The notes beneath the pieces were generated by a model that saw only the letters and a list, made by a program, of their open reading frames with translations, had not been told where the DNA came from and did no database searches. This document shows, in pieces, positions 10,922 through 20,786 of a stretch of DNA of 64,000 bases. Every line of letters starts with the position of its first letter. Positions within the stretch are counted from its first letter, which is position 1. This DNA comes from an uncultured bacterium (GTDB lineage: Bacteria > Chloroflexota > UBA5177 > JANWHV01): contig CAWHAE010000008.1 of the NCBI GenBank assembly GCA_963827235.1, positions 320,001 to 384,000 of the forward strand. The letters run 5' to 3'. The position numbers and the translations under genes were made by a program.

Positions 10922-11314
10922 TTACAGTGCGTGCCCGCAATGCCCGCAGTACTGCATCCCTTCCGGCACATCCTTGCCGCAATTGGGGCATGGGCGTTCG
11001 ACCGAGGTGACGCGCACTTCAGGTGTCTTGTCTCCGATCCGTATCTCCGCTAGCTCCTCCTCCAGGGTTTTCACCTGCGCCTGCAGATCGTCGATCTTTT
11101 GGCGAGTCTCGTCGAGGCTTTCGTCCTGGAGCGCTCCCGTGCCGATCAGGCCGTACGCGAGTCGGCCCAGCTCCGCGAACGCCTTGTCTAGGTCGTGCCG
11201 CTTCCCTCCCAGCTCATTGCTCACTCGCGTGAGCTTGATGGTCTTGTCCGCCTCGGACACAACCCGCGAAACGCTCTGACCGACGGTCGTACGCGCCTTC
11301 TCCAAGAACCCCAT
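10922..11314 (-). CDS. Coiled-coil plus C-terminal zinc-ribbon protein
   Basis: MGFLEK start with GGAGG RBS; CPNCG...YCGHCG. Confidence 0.8.
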   Translation of the reverse strand: MGFLEKARTTVGQSVSRVVSEADKTIKLTRVSNELGGKRHDLDKAFAELGRLAYGLIGTGALQDESLDETRQKIDDLQAQVKTLEEELAEIRIGDKTPEVRVTSVERPCPNCGKDVPEGMQYCGHCGHAL

Positions 11315-11556
11315 GAAGACTCCTCCTGAAGTAGGGATCGTCACGATTATAGTACAGCGGCGGAAATACGCAACCTTTCCCAGGGAAACGAGGGCGCCGC
11401 GCCAGCCGGTCCGGCGCGGCTGGCCGCCGTCCTCCGGCCCGCGGTCGCCTCCATCACGTTTCGCTGGTTCTATTCTGCCAGAAGTTCATTGCATATTCTT
11501 TCCTCTTTACGTATACTCATACACAAGCGGGTGTGACCCCCGGATGGAAGGACACG

Positions 11557-11991
11557 ATGACGGCCCTACAGTTCAGCGCCGAGCTTAAGGTAAGACTTTC
11601 GGACGATGCACGGGGCATCGATTTCGACCAGCTTCGCGCCCTGCAATCGGAAACGAGCTGGGCGCGGGACCGCGCGCTCTTCGATCTGCAGCGTGCAGTG
11701 GCAGCAAGCGATCTCGTGATCACGGCGTGGTACGGCTCCACTCTCGTCGGCTGTGTTCGCGTTCTCAGTGATTTTGTGTACAGGGCTGTGCTCTGCGACG
11801 TGATCGTGCATCCGGCCTACCGAAGGCGAGGTATTGGTCGCATGCTGGTAGAGGAAGTGACCTCACATCCTCGCTTGGCGCGGGTGCAGAAGTTCACTCT
11901 GCTGACCACCACGGCGCGCCAGTTCTACGAGCGCCTCGGCTGGAAGCGGTATCCCGGCGAAGGTATGGTCCTGGAAAAGGATCATCAGTGA
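11557..11991 (+). CDS. GNAT N-acetyltransferase
   Basis: VIVHPAYRRRGIG acetyl-CoA motif; FYERLGW. Confidence 0.9.
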   Translation: MTALQFSAELKVRLSDDARGIDFDQLRALQSETSWARDRALFDLQRAVAASDLVITAWYGSTLVGCVRVLSDFVYRAVLCDVIVHPAYRRRGIGRMLVEEVTSHPRLARVQKFTLLTTTARQFYERLGWKRYPGEGMVLEKDHQ

Positions 11992-12079
11992 GCCGTCGCT
12001 ACAGCGGCCGGGAGCAGTCGCGCGCGGCTGGAGGGTGTGGGTCATGGGCAGTGGACTAGCCCTGAATGAAGCAGGCGGT

Positions 12080-13531
12080 ATGGAGCATACGTCGCCGACT
12101 GTGGACCAGCTCGGCAACAAGCAGTGGGGCGGCCGATTTGCCGCTCCAACTGATCCCCTGGTGGAGCGTTTCAGCGGCTCGGTCGCCGTGGACGGTCGTC
12201 TGATCCTGCAGGACATTGCCGGCAGCATTGCTCACGCACGCATGCTCGGCCGCCAGGGTATTCTGAGCACACAGGAAGCCAGGGCTATCGAGCACGGCCT
12301 GCGCGCAGTGCAGGCAGAGTATGAGGCCGGCGATCTCATTCTCGACGACGATCTGGAAGACGTGCATACGGTCGTGGAGGTGGCGCTGCGGAAGCATGTC
12401 GCCGAACTGGCCGGCAAGCTCCATACCGCGCGCAGCCGGAACGATCAGGTGGCCCTCGATCTGCGGTTGTACACCAGAGAGGCCTGCGTCGACGCGATAG
12501 AGGGCATCGCCGAGTTGCAGTCTGCCTTTGTCGTTCAGGGGCGTGCCTGCTTCGGTCTGGTCATGCCCGGCTACACGCACCTGCAGCGGGCTCAGCCCAT
12601 CCTCGTCTCGCATCATCTGCTCGCCTATGTGGAGATGCTGCAGCGCGACGTGCAGCGCTTCGCGGCCTGTTTCTCGCGCGCCGATGTGCTCCCTCTTGGC
12701 TCGGGCGCCCTGGCAGGCGTTCCCTACCCAATCGACAGGCTCTGGCTGGCCGGCGAGCTCGGCATGGCGTCGGTCGCTCAGAACAGCATTGACGCGGTGG
12801 CGGACCGCGACTTTGCCATCGAGTTCTGCAGTGCGGCAGCGATGACCATGATGCACCTCTCGCGCTTTGCCGAGGAGGTGGTCCTCTGGTGCTCGGCCGA
12901 GTTCGGTTACTGGGATCTGGACGACAGCTTTGCCACCGGCAGCTCGATCATGCCGCAGAAAAAGAACCCCGACGTCGCGGAGCTGATCCGCGGCAAGACC
13001 GGTAGGGTGTACGGCGATCTCCAGGCTTTGCTCACTCTGATGAAAGGGTTGCCGCTCGCCTATAATCGCGACATGCAGGAGGACAAGCCACCCCTGTTCG
13101 ATGCCGTCGACACGCTGTCTGCCTGCCTGGAGGCGAGCGCCGGACTGGTGCGGGCCGTGCGGCCGAACGCCAGTGCCATGGCGGCAGCAGCAGGCAATCT
13201 TGTATGCGCTACGGACGTGGCGGACTACCTGGTCGGCAAGGGGATACCGTTCCGCGAGGCGCATGCCATGACGGGGGCGTTGGTGCGAGTGTGCCTTGCC
13301 ACTGGAACGGCATTGCAGGATCTCGACCTGGCGAGCTACCGGCGAGTTTGCCCCTTGATCGACGTCTCCATCTACGATCGGATCAGCCCGCAGGCGTCCG
13401 TGGCAGCACGCGCCGCCCTGGGAGGGACTGCGCCGTCGGGTGTCAAGGCGCAGCTCGACCGAGCGTCTACGCTGGTCTGGCAGAATCGTACCCTGGCGCG
13501 CGACCTGGGGAACAAGGACCCCTTGGCCTAG
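12080..13531 (+). CDS. argH: Argininosuccinate lyase
   Basis: WGGRF, HTARSRNDQ, GYTHLQRAQP, GSSIMPQKKNPD. Confidence 0.97.
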   Translation: MEHTSPTVDQLGNKQWGGRFAAPTDPLVERFSGSVAVDGRLILQDIAGSIAHARMLGRQGILSTQEARAIEHGLRAVQAEYEAGDLILDDDLEDVHTVVEVALRKHVAELAGKLHTARSRNDQVALDLRLYTREACVDAIEGIAELQSAFVVQGRACFGLVMPGYTHLQRAQPILVSHHLLAYVEMLQRDVQRFAACFSRADVLPLGSGALAGVPYPIDRLWLAGELGMASVAQNSIDAVADRDFAIEFCSAAAMTMMHLSRFAEEVVLWCSAEFGYWDLDDSFATGSSIMPQKKNPDVAELIRGKTGRVYGDLQALLTLMKGLPLAYNRDMQEDKPPLFDAVDTLSACLEASAGLVRAVRPNASAMAAAAGNLVCATDVADYLVGKGIPFREAHAMTGALVRVCLATGTALQDLDLASYRRVCPLIDVSIYDRISPQASVAARAALGGTAPSGVKAQLDRASTLVWQNRTLARDLGNKDPLA

Positions 13532-13612
13532 GTACTTTTTGACGGCCGCCCACGTTTACTGCGATCCGGCGTAGATCGATCGTGTACTATTCGCGGCGTG
13601 GAGGTGCACTAG

Positions 13613-14881
13613 ATGCCACGTCGGAATCTCGTTGTTGTCGGCGCCGCCCTGGCTGCCGTCGTCATTATCGCAGTGATCATCGTACTCGCCCGTAGTCATT
13701 CTCAGAAGAGCTCCACTCCGACCCCCGTTCCGACCTGCACGCCGACCCATCAGGTGGCCGCCTCAAGAACACCGACGATGACGCGCTCGTCGATAGCCAC
13801 GCCGACCTGCACGCCCACGACACGCGGCACGGCGACGCCCAGCCGGACGTTGTCGCCCACGACCACGCTATCGCCCACGGCAACCGTGCCTCCGACGGCA
13901 ACGCCTCACCCCGCGTTCGTGGCCGGGCCATTGAACGGAGAGCGTGTGTCGTGGGCCGTCGCCCATCGCCGGCCCGTGGCGGTCATGGTGGAGAACATCA
14001 ACCCAGACGCGCGGCCGCAGACGGGCCTGAGTTCGGCGAGCATCGTCTTCGAGACCGTCGCGGAGGGTGGCATCACGCGTTTCATGTCCGTGTATCTCGA
14101 GAACATTCCGCCAATCGTCGGGCCTGTTCGCAGCACGCGCGTGTACTACGACGCCTGGGCGAACGGCATGCATGCGGTGCTGGTGCATGACGGGGGAAAC
14201 GACGACGCACTGGCCGAGCTCTTCACGCTGCATAACATCGCGGACGTCAATGAGGTAAAGTGGGAGGACGCCAACTACAACCCCACCGTGCCCTTCTTTG
14301 CACGCTCACCCCTGAGGGTCATTCCCCACAATATGTACACCTATCCGCCGAAGGTTCTGGCCTATGAGAAGACGCAGCACGTGCAGCTATCCGGCAATTT
14401 CCCAACCTCGCTGGCTCACCATGTTCCCGACAACATCGCACACAGACCTACCGGAGGCACGCTCGACCTGGCCTTCGACTCGAGCGTGAGCGGCTCCGAC
14501 CCCGGTTACAACGTCGAGTATCAGTATGACCACGCTACCGATCGCTATCTGCGTTTCATGGGCGGCTCGCCGCACATAGAGCCTTCCAGCGGCCACCAGC
14601 TTGCGCCCAGCAACGTGGTTGTGCTCTTGGCCGGCGTGTCGCCCGATCCCAAGGCTGGCGCGAACCCGGGGGCCGTGTACGTGCAGTCGACAGGCAAGAA
14701 CCTGGCCTATCTGTTCAGGGACGGCAAGGAGTTCAAGGGCACATGGCACAAGGCGCACGGCGGCAGCCCACTGCTGCTTCTCGACGACCATAAGCGGCCG
14801 TTCACGTTCAATCCGGGCCAGACGTGGATAGAAGTAGTGCCTTCGACGGCCGGAAACATGACCTGGAAGCCCGGCCGCTGA
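13613..14881 (+). CDS. DUF3048-family membrane-anchored protein with Thr/Pro-rich linker
   Basis: N-terminal TM; RPVAVMVEN..ARPQTGL; EGGITRF; GPVRS. Confidence 0.85.
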   Translation: MPRRNLVVVGAALAAVVIIAVIIVLARSHSQKSSTPTPVPTCTPTHQVAASRTPTMTRSSIATPTCTPTTRGTATPSRTLSPTTTLSPTATVPPTATPHPAFVAGPLNGERVSWAVAHRRPVAVMVENINPDARPQTGLSSASIVFETVAEGGITRFMSVYLENIPPIVGPVRSTRVYYDAWANGMHAVLVHDGGNDDALAELFTLHNIADVNEVKWEDANYNPTVPFFARSPLRVIPHNMYTYPPKVLAYEKTQHVQLSGNFPTSLAHHVPDNIAHRPTGGTLDLAFDSSVSGSDPGYNVEYQYDHATDRYLRFMGGSPHIEPSSGHQLAPSNVVVLLAGVSPDPKAGANPGAVYVQSTGKNLAYLFRDGKEFKGTWHKAHGGSPLLLLDDHKRPFTFNPGQTWIEVVPSTAGNMTWKPGR

Positions 14882-15154
14882 GCGCACGGGCGCGCATTGG
14901 CGCGTGGCGCATGGGGGCGGTATATTACAGCCAATTCGGCCCGTTCCGGTACGGAGGGCGCTGCTGGAAAGCGGCCGGGGGCTGCCGACTGCATTGCAGG
15001 GTCAGGAGGGGTTTGGGCACGAGGAATGCGGTGGCGGTTCGCCGCCTGTTCGCCGCCGAGTGTTAGCCCTGGTCGACGCCTGCCAACTCCCCGGGACACC
15101 GGTCGCACGCCGGCGCCTACTCGCTTGGTCCGTGGTTTGTGGTGGAGGTTACTA

Positions 15155-17209
15155 GTGAAAGTCTATCCGTCTGAGCAGATTCGCAATGTTGCCCTGCTCT
15201 CTCACTCGGGAGCAGGGAAGACAAGTCTGACCGAAGCCATGCTGTTTGATACGGGTGCGATTCAGCGTTTCGGCCGTGTCGACGACGGCACCACGACGAG
15301 CGACTTTGATCCTGATGAGATCAAGCGACACATCTCACTGTCCACAAGCCTGATCCCGTGCGAGTGGCGCGGCATCAAGATCAACGTCATGGATACGCCG
15401 GGCTATGCGGACTTCGTGGGAGAGGTGTGCCAGGCCTTGGTCGTAGCCGACAGTGCAATGCTCGTGGCATCCGCCGCGGCCGGCCTGGAAGTGGGCACCG
15501 AGCAGGAATGGAAAATGGTGCGGGAGCGCAATCTTCCCACCGCTTTGGTGGTCAATAAGCTGGATCGCGAGAACTCGGACTTCTTCAAGGTCGTGGATCA
15601 GGTGAAGTCGCGGCTCAAGGTCCATGCCGTGGCCGTGCAAATCCCGATCGGCACCGCGCTGGAGTTCAAGGGTGTTGTCGATCTCCTGACGAACAAGGCC
15701 TACCTGTTCGACAACGGCAAGGCGGTTGAGACCGAGCCGCCCGCGGAGATGGCCGAGGATATCGCGTTTCACCGCGACCAGCTTTGCGAGGCCGTGGCCG
15801 AACTCAGTCCATCGTTGACGGACAAATATCTCGAGGGCGAGCCGCTTACCGACAAGGAGCTCAACGACGGGCTTCACGAAGCCGTGTGCTCCGGGAGTCT
15901 CATGCCGATGCTGTGCACGTCCGCGCTGGCCAACGTCGGTATCACCACGCTCCTCGACTTCATGGTCGACGTCTTGCCCAGCCCGTCGCAGGTACCGGCA
16001 CGGGCGATGGACGGCAAACAGCTGAATGGATCGCCGGCCGCTCTCGTGTTCAAGACCGTGGCGGATCCCTTTGGCAAGCTCAGCTATTTCCGGATCTTCA
16101 GCGGCGACCTCAAGTCCGACGCCCATCTCTTCAACGTGACTCGCGGCCACGAAGAACGCATCTCGCATCTCCTGGTCGTGCGCGGCAAGAACCACGAGGT
16201 CGTCTCCGAGCTTTACTGCGGTGATATCGGCGCCGCGCTGAAGCTTCAAGACACCGAGACAGGGAACACGCTGGCTACCCGAGAGAAGCCGGTGGAGCTT
16301 CCGACTATCGAGTATCCCGAGGCGTCGTATTCGGCGTCCATCGAGCCCAAGACGCGGGCCGACCTGGACAAGCTGGGGGCGGCCGTGGCGCGCCTGATCC
16401 AGGAGGATCCTACCTTGCGCTGGCACAGGGACGCCGAAACCGCGCAGACGATTCTTTCGGGCATGGGCGAGAGCCACCTGCAGGTGGCGGTAGACCGGCT
16501 GTCGCGCAAATTCGGCGTCGAGGTGACTCTCGGCGAGCCCAAGATTCCCTACCGGGAGACGATCACTGCCAGTGCCAAGGCCCAGGGCCGACACAAGCGG
16601 CAATCCGGTGGGCACGGCCAGTTCGGCGACTGCCATCTGGAGCTCGAACCGCTACCCCGGGGTGGGGGGTACGAGTTCGTGGACAAGATCGTGGGTGGTG
16701 CGGTTCCGCGCCAGTTCATTCCCGCAGTGGACAAGGGCGTGCAGGAGTCGCTGCACGAAGGCGCGCTGACCGGAAACCCGGTCGTGGACGTGCGAGTCAC
16801 TCTGTTTGACGGCTCCTTCCACACGGTCGACTCCTCCGAGCAGGCCTTCAAGACCGCTGCTTCCATCGGTTTTCGCGCGGCCTTCGAGAAGGCGCACCCG
16901 GTCCTGCTGGAGCCCGTGATGGACGTGGTCGTCATGGTACCCAACGAGTTCATGGGCGACGTGGTGGGAGATCTGAATTCGCATCGCGCGCGTATTCTCG
17001 GTATGGACCCGGTCTCCGATGGTATGACGGAAGTGAGGGCCAACGTGCCGATGGCGGAGATGTTTCGCTACGCGACGACGCTGCGCTCGCTGACTCAAGG
17101 GCGGGCAAGCTATACCATGCACCTGCTCGGTTACGAGGAGGCACCGGCGCACATCACGCAGCAGGTCTCGGCCGAGTACCACAAGTCACGTGAGCAGAAG
17201 GAGCACTGA
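15155..17209 (+). CDS. Elongation factor G-like paralog (EF-G2 type)
   Basis: IRNVALLSHSGAGKT (non-canonical G1), DTPG, NKLD, QSGGHGQFG, DGSFHTVDSSE; GGAGG RBS with GTG start. Confidence 0.9.
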   Translation: MKVYPSEQIRNVALLSHSGAGKTSLTEAMLFDTGAIQRFGRVDDGTTTSDFDPDEIKRHISLSTSLIPCEWRGIKINVMDTPGYADFVGEVCQALVVADSAMLVASAAAGLEVGTEQEWKMVRERNLPTALVVNKLDRENSDFFKVVDQVKSRLKVHAVAVQIPIGTALEFKGVVDLLTNKAYLFDNGKAVETEPPAEMAEDIAFHRDQLCEAVAELSPSLTDKYLEGEPLTDKELNDGLHEAVCSGSLMPMLCTSALANVGITTLLDFMVDVLPSPSQVPARAMDGKQLNGSPAALVFKTVADPFGKLSYFRIFSGDLKSDAHLFNVTRGHEERISHLLVVRGKNHEVVSELYCGDIGAALKLQDTETGNTLATREKPVELPTIEYPEASYSASIEPKTRADLDKLGAAVARLIQEDPTLRWHRDAETAQTILSGMGESHLQVAVDRLSRKFGVEVTLGEPKIPYRETITASAKAQGRHKRQSGGHGQFGDCHLELEPLPRGGGYEFVDKIVGGAVPRQFIPAVDKGVQESLHEGALTGNPVVDVRVTLFDGSFHTVDSSEQAFKTAASIGFRAAFEKAHPVLLEPVMDVVVMVPNEFMGDVVGDLNSHRARILGMDPVSDGMTEVRANVPMAEMFRYATTLRSLTQGRASYTMHLLGYEEAPAHITQQVSAEYHKSREQKEH

Positions 17210-17239
17210 TAGCGGTTCCGGATGCGGCGCCGCCCTGCC

Positions 17240-18340
17240 ATGGTAAACTCGACGACGACTCGACGCCCGAGCAAGGGCAGGGCGAGCCGGTGGGAACGTG
17301 TCTTCACCGGTCTCACTATCTTTCTGCTGCTGATTGGAATTGCCGGAGTGGTGCTTTGGCGCCTGCCCAGCAAGTACGAGATTCTCATGCCCGCGACCGC
17401 GCAATCGGTCAACTCCATGATCTCGGTGCAGGGGCATCCGTTGCGGGCCGGCAGAGGCGATCTGCTGATGACCTTCGTGTCCGAGCCCGACTCGAACATG
17501 CTGGAAGAGCTGCTGGCTCACTTCGATCCGGATGCTTCTCTCGAACCGCTGCCAGCACAGTACAACGCCTCGCAGGACGTTCAGCAGAACAAGCAGCTGA
17601 TGCTCAGCAGCGAGCAGACTGCCGAGCTGGTGGCGCTCTGCGAGGTAGGCTACAAAGACCTGTGCTCTGGCGGTATGGAAATCCAGGCCATGGAAACCTA
17701 CAGCAAAGCTGCGGGCGTGCTGAAGGTTGGCGACATCATCGTGGCCGTGAACGGGCACGCGACAGTCACGGCAGACGAGCTTCGTGCTGCGATCTCACCA
17801 CTCAAGCCGGGGGCAGTAGCGGCTTTCAAGATCGTGAGGAACGGCAAGACGTTGACCGTTCAGGTGCGAACTGTGCGGTCTCCCACGGCTCCGCACGGCA
17901 CGGTCGTGGGCTTCGCCTTCGCGCCGGCACCGCCGCTGCAGTTTCCTTCCAAGCTGCCGGTCGACGTCAAGATCGATCCGGGCAATATTGGCGGCCCTTC
18001 GGCAGGAATGATGTTCACGCTTGGCGTCATCAACCGTCTCTCGTCTTCTGACCTGACGCATGGTGTGAGAATTGCCGGCACGGGCACGATCAGCCTGGAT
18101 GGCAGCGTGGGCGCCATAGGCGGCATCAAACAGAAGGTGCTCGGCGCTCAATGGGCCGGAGCGCGCTACTTCCTGGTGCCGTGCGATGGCGGCAACTACA
18201 CGGACGCCACGAAGACGGTCGGTCACAAGATGACCCTGATACCGGTGAATGATCTGGCGGACGCGCTGAGCTTTTTGCACGCGCTCGGGCCCGGTGGCTT
18301 GAGCCCGAAATACAAGGACGTCAGCTGCCCCGCTTCATAG
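17240..18340 (+). CDS. PDZ plus Lon-type serine protease (YlbL-like)
   Basis: TM anchor, PDZ (GDIIVAVNG), GGPSAG catalytic Ser, GGIKQK Lys. Confidence 0.9.
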   Translation: MVNSTTTRRPSKGRASRWERVFTGLTIFLLLIGIAGVVLWRLPSKYEILMPATAQSVNSMISVQGHPLRAGRGDLLMTFVSEPDSNMLEELLAHFDPDASLEPLPAQYNASQDVQQNKQLMLSSEQTAELVALCEVGYKDLCSGGMEIQAMETYSKAAGVLKVGDIIVAVNGHATVTADELRAAISPLKPGAVAAFKIVRNGKTLTVQVRTVRSPTAPHGTVVGFAFAPAPPLQFPSKLPVDVKIDPGNIGGPSAGMMFTLGVINRLSSSDLTHGVRIAGTGTISLDGSVGAIGGIKQKVLGAQWAGARYFLVPCDGGNYTDATKTVGHKMTLIPVNDLADALSFLHALGPGGLSPKYKDVSCPAS

Positions 18341-18435
18341 CGCTGTGCCCTTGCCGTCCCGTGTGTCGCGTCAATTGGCGGATCACGTCTGCATGGCGAT
18401 CACCGCCGGGGTGACTCGCGCCAGAGAGGGTTTGG

Positions 18436-19665
18436 TCACTCGGGCAACGGGCCAGCATGGCCGGGATCTGGCAGAGGTTCGGAGATCAGCCGTGCAACCG
18501 CGATGCTCACGAGGCCAAACACGGCCGCGGTCACGACGAAAATCGACCGGATGCCGAACAGGGTGGCGCAGCCGCTGCCCCCTAGCTGACCGATCGCCTG
18601 TCCGGCCGCATTGACGCCGGCACTCAGCCCCATCACCGCGCCAAGCTGATCGCGCGGCGTGCTCAAGCTGAGCATAGCGCTGGCAGTGGCCAGCATGACT
18701 CCCATGGAGAGGCCAGTCAACCCACGCAGCAGGTAGAGCTGGTCGATCGAGCTCACGCTGTGCTGGGGAACGTAGATGATGGCTGTCGCCACCGTCGAGA
18801 TCATAAGCCACGTCTTGAAACGGCCCCGCCGGTCGGTGATACGACCGGTCATCACGGCAGACACGGCGCTACAGATGCCGGCGATGGCGAACACGTTCCC
18901 GGAGAGTGCGGCGGCGTCGCTCGCGTTGGCGCCCAGTGATTCCACAAAGACCGGGAGAATAGGCCCAACGATCTGGCCTCCGAACTGCACCACGCAGAGA
19001 ACGAGGATGAGCATGGCCGTCTGCCTGTTGGAGATGATCTGGCGCGCTCCCGCCCAGAAACCCAGGCGCTTGCTCGTCCCACCAGAGGCGTCGTGCTCGA
19101 AGCTCTCGTCGACGTAGAGCCACGTGAGAACTGTTGCCACGGCGAGCAGGGCGCCGGCGACGAAGAACGTCGGCTCGAACCCGAAGCGGTCTACTAGCTG
19201 GCCGCCCGCCAGAGGTCCGATCGAGGAGCCGGTGAACACCGCCATCTGCATGAGACCCATGGAGAAGCCAAGCTTCTCACGCGGAACCGCACCGGCAACC
19301 AGCGCCTGCGAAGCCGCCACACTGCCAGTGAGCACGCCCTGCAGGATGCGAATGACCAGCACCTCGACGGGATTCCGTGCCAGCAGCATCAGCAACGCCA
19401 GCCCAGCGCCGCATCCCATCGCGCGCAGCACCATGGGCTTGCGACCGAAGCGGTCGGCCACGGTACCCCAGATCGGGGCGGACACGGCCATAGCCACGGT
19501 CGTGCTGCCGAAGAGAAAGCCCGACCAGATCAGAATCGCGCTCTGGTCGTGCACACCCAGATGCTGGATATACAAAGGAAGGAATGGGTAGACGAAGCTG
19601 AAGCCCATCTGGGCCAGGATCTGGGTGAACCAGCTCACCCAGAGCGTACGCTCCCACCTATGCAT
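18436..19665 (-). CDS. MFS transporter (MdtG-like efflux)
   Basis: WGTVADRFGRKPM motif A; about 12 TM helices. Confidence 0.9.
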   Translation of the reverse strand: MHRWERTLWVSWFTQILAQMGFSFVYPFLPLYIQHLGVHDQSAILIWSGFLFGSTTVAMAVSAPIWGTVADRFGRKPMVLRAMGCGAGLALLMLLARNPVEVLVIRILQGVLTGSVAASQALVAGAVPREKLGFSMGLMQMAVFTGSSIGPLAGGQLVDRFGFEPTFFVAGALLAVATVLTWLYVDESFEHDASGGTSKRLGFWAGARQIISNRQTAMLILVLCVVQFGGQIVGPILPVFVESLGANASDAAALSGNVFAIAGICSAVSAVMTGRITDRRGRFKTWLMISTVATAIIYVPQHSVSSIDQLYLLRGLTGLSMGVMLATASAMLSLSTPRDQLGAVMGLSAGVNAAGQAIGQLGGSGCATLFGIRSIFVVTAAVFGLVSIAVARLISEPLPDPGHAGPLPE

Positions 19666-19963
19666 GATGGTGACATTGTACGACCTCTGACGGCCGCTTG
19701 GGCCTGCCCGCGCCTTCAGCAGCCTCAACGGCAGGTAACGGCGAAGTGATGAGCCAGATTTTGGCCGCGAATACGCCGGGAACGCCACGGCGAGCGGCGG
19801 GCTGGTGCCTCGAGCGTCTCACCCATGTCGTGCCGGCCGATGGAGTGGACAAGCCGCTAGCCTCCACAGAGAGGCACATCACCGCTCTGTCTGCACGATT
19901 CACGATCAGCTTAATGCCGCCGTCGCGCAGGACGGCGACGAGGCAGGCGGATGATGACCGCAC

Positions 19964-20779
19964 CTACGTGCGGGCGGTATCCCGCAGGAGGATCGCCGCT
20001 GCTAGCGCCCCGGTGGCAGTGCAAGCCAGGTTCACGACGTCGTTGGTGCACCAGGATCGACCGGAGACGAGAACGGTAGGTGTGCCGCAGGCATGCGTCT
20101 TTCGCTCGGTGAGCGTGCCGCAGGTAGGACACCGGTATGCCGCCTGAATCGTCGCTCCCACCATACTGTCGGCGAGCGATCCTGCGATGCCTCCCACCGA
20201 CACGGCGAGAAAGTGCCGTGCTCTGCCCCCCGAGCGCGCGACGGCCGCGGCCACGAGGGCGACGGTGGCGCTTCCACCGATCGAGGCGAGCAGGCCGCGC
20301 AGGCTGACGGCGCCGGAAGTGCCGGGCGGCGCTATTTCGCCCGTGTTGATCATACGGGGCGGCCTGCGGCTTGTCTTCCCGATCTCGGTTGCCCAGGTGT
20401 CGGCGTTGGCGGCGGCGAATGAGCCGGCGAAGGCACGTTCCACGCCCTGATTCGGCCGTACCGAATACAGTAGTGCGGCGGCAGCCGCGATCCCGCCGTT
20501 GGCAAGCGCCTGTACGATGTCGCGCTCCGAGCCTCGTGCCTCGATAGGGGTGCTGTCGCCTCGCGAGCGCTGTGGCGCGCGGCGTTGGGAAAGAAAGCTG
20601 GAGCTACCGAAGAACGTGAACAGCACGGCTGCCCATCCAGCGCCACCACCGTAAAACACGGGACAGCCAACGATCACGGCGCCGGCCACGCCGGACGGCG
20701 CTAAAGCGCGCCGCCGCTGTCCGGCCGCGCCCGCCATGGCGCTGAGGGTCAGGGACAGGAGTAACCGGGCGCGCTTCAT
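19964..20779 (-). CDS. DUF92 (TMEM19/VTE6-like) membrane protein
   Basis: QALANGG, ADTWATEIG, GTSGAVS, DSMVGATIQ, NDVVN. Confidence 0.9.
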   Translation of the reverse strand: MKRARLLLSLTLSAMAGAAGQRRRALAPSGVAGAVIVGCPVFYGGGAGWAAVLFTFFGSSSFLSQRRAPQRSRGDSTPIEARGSERDIVQALANGGIAAAAALLYSVRPNQGVERAFAGSFAAANADTWATEIGKTSRRPPRMINTGEIAPPGTSGAVSLRGLLASIGGSATVALVAAAVARSGGRARHFLAVSVGGIAGSLADSMVGATIQAAYRCPTCGTLTERKTHACGTPTVLVSGRSWCTNDVVNLACTATGALAAAILLRDTART

Positions 20780-20786
20780 GGCACTT

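Noticed and set aside
13715-13910. Repeats in the DUF3048 gene
   Set aside because: Ordinary Thr/Pro-rich linker coding sequence.
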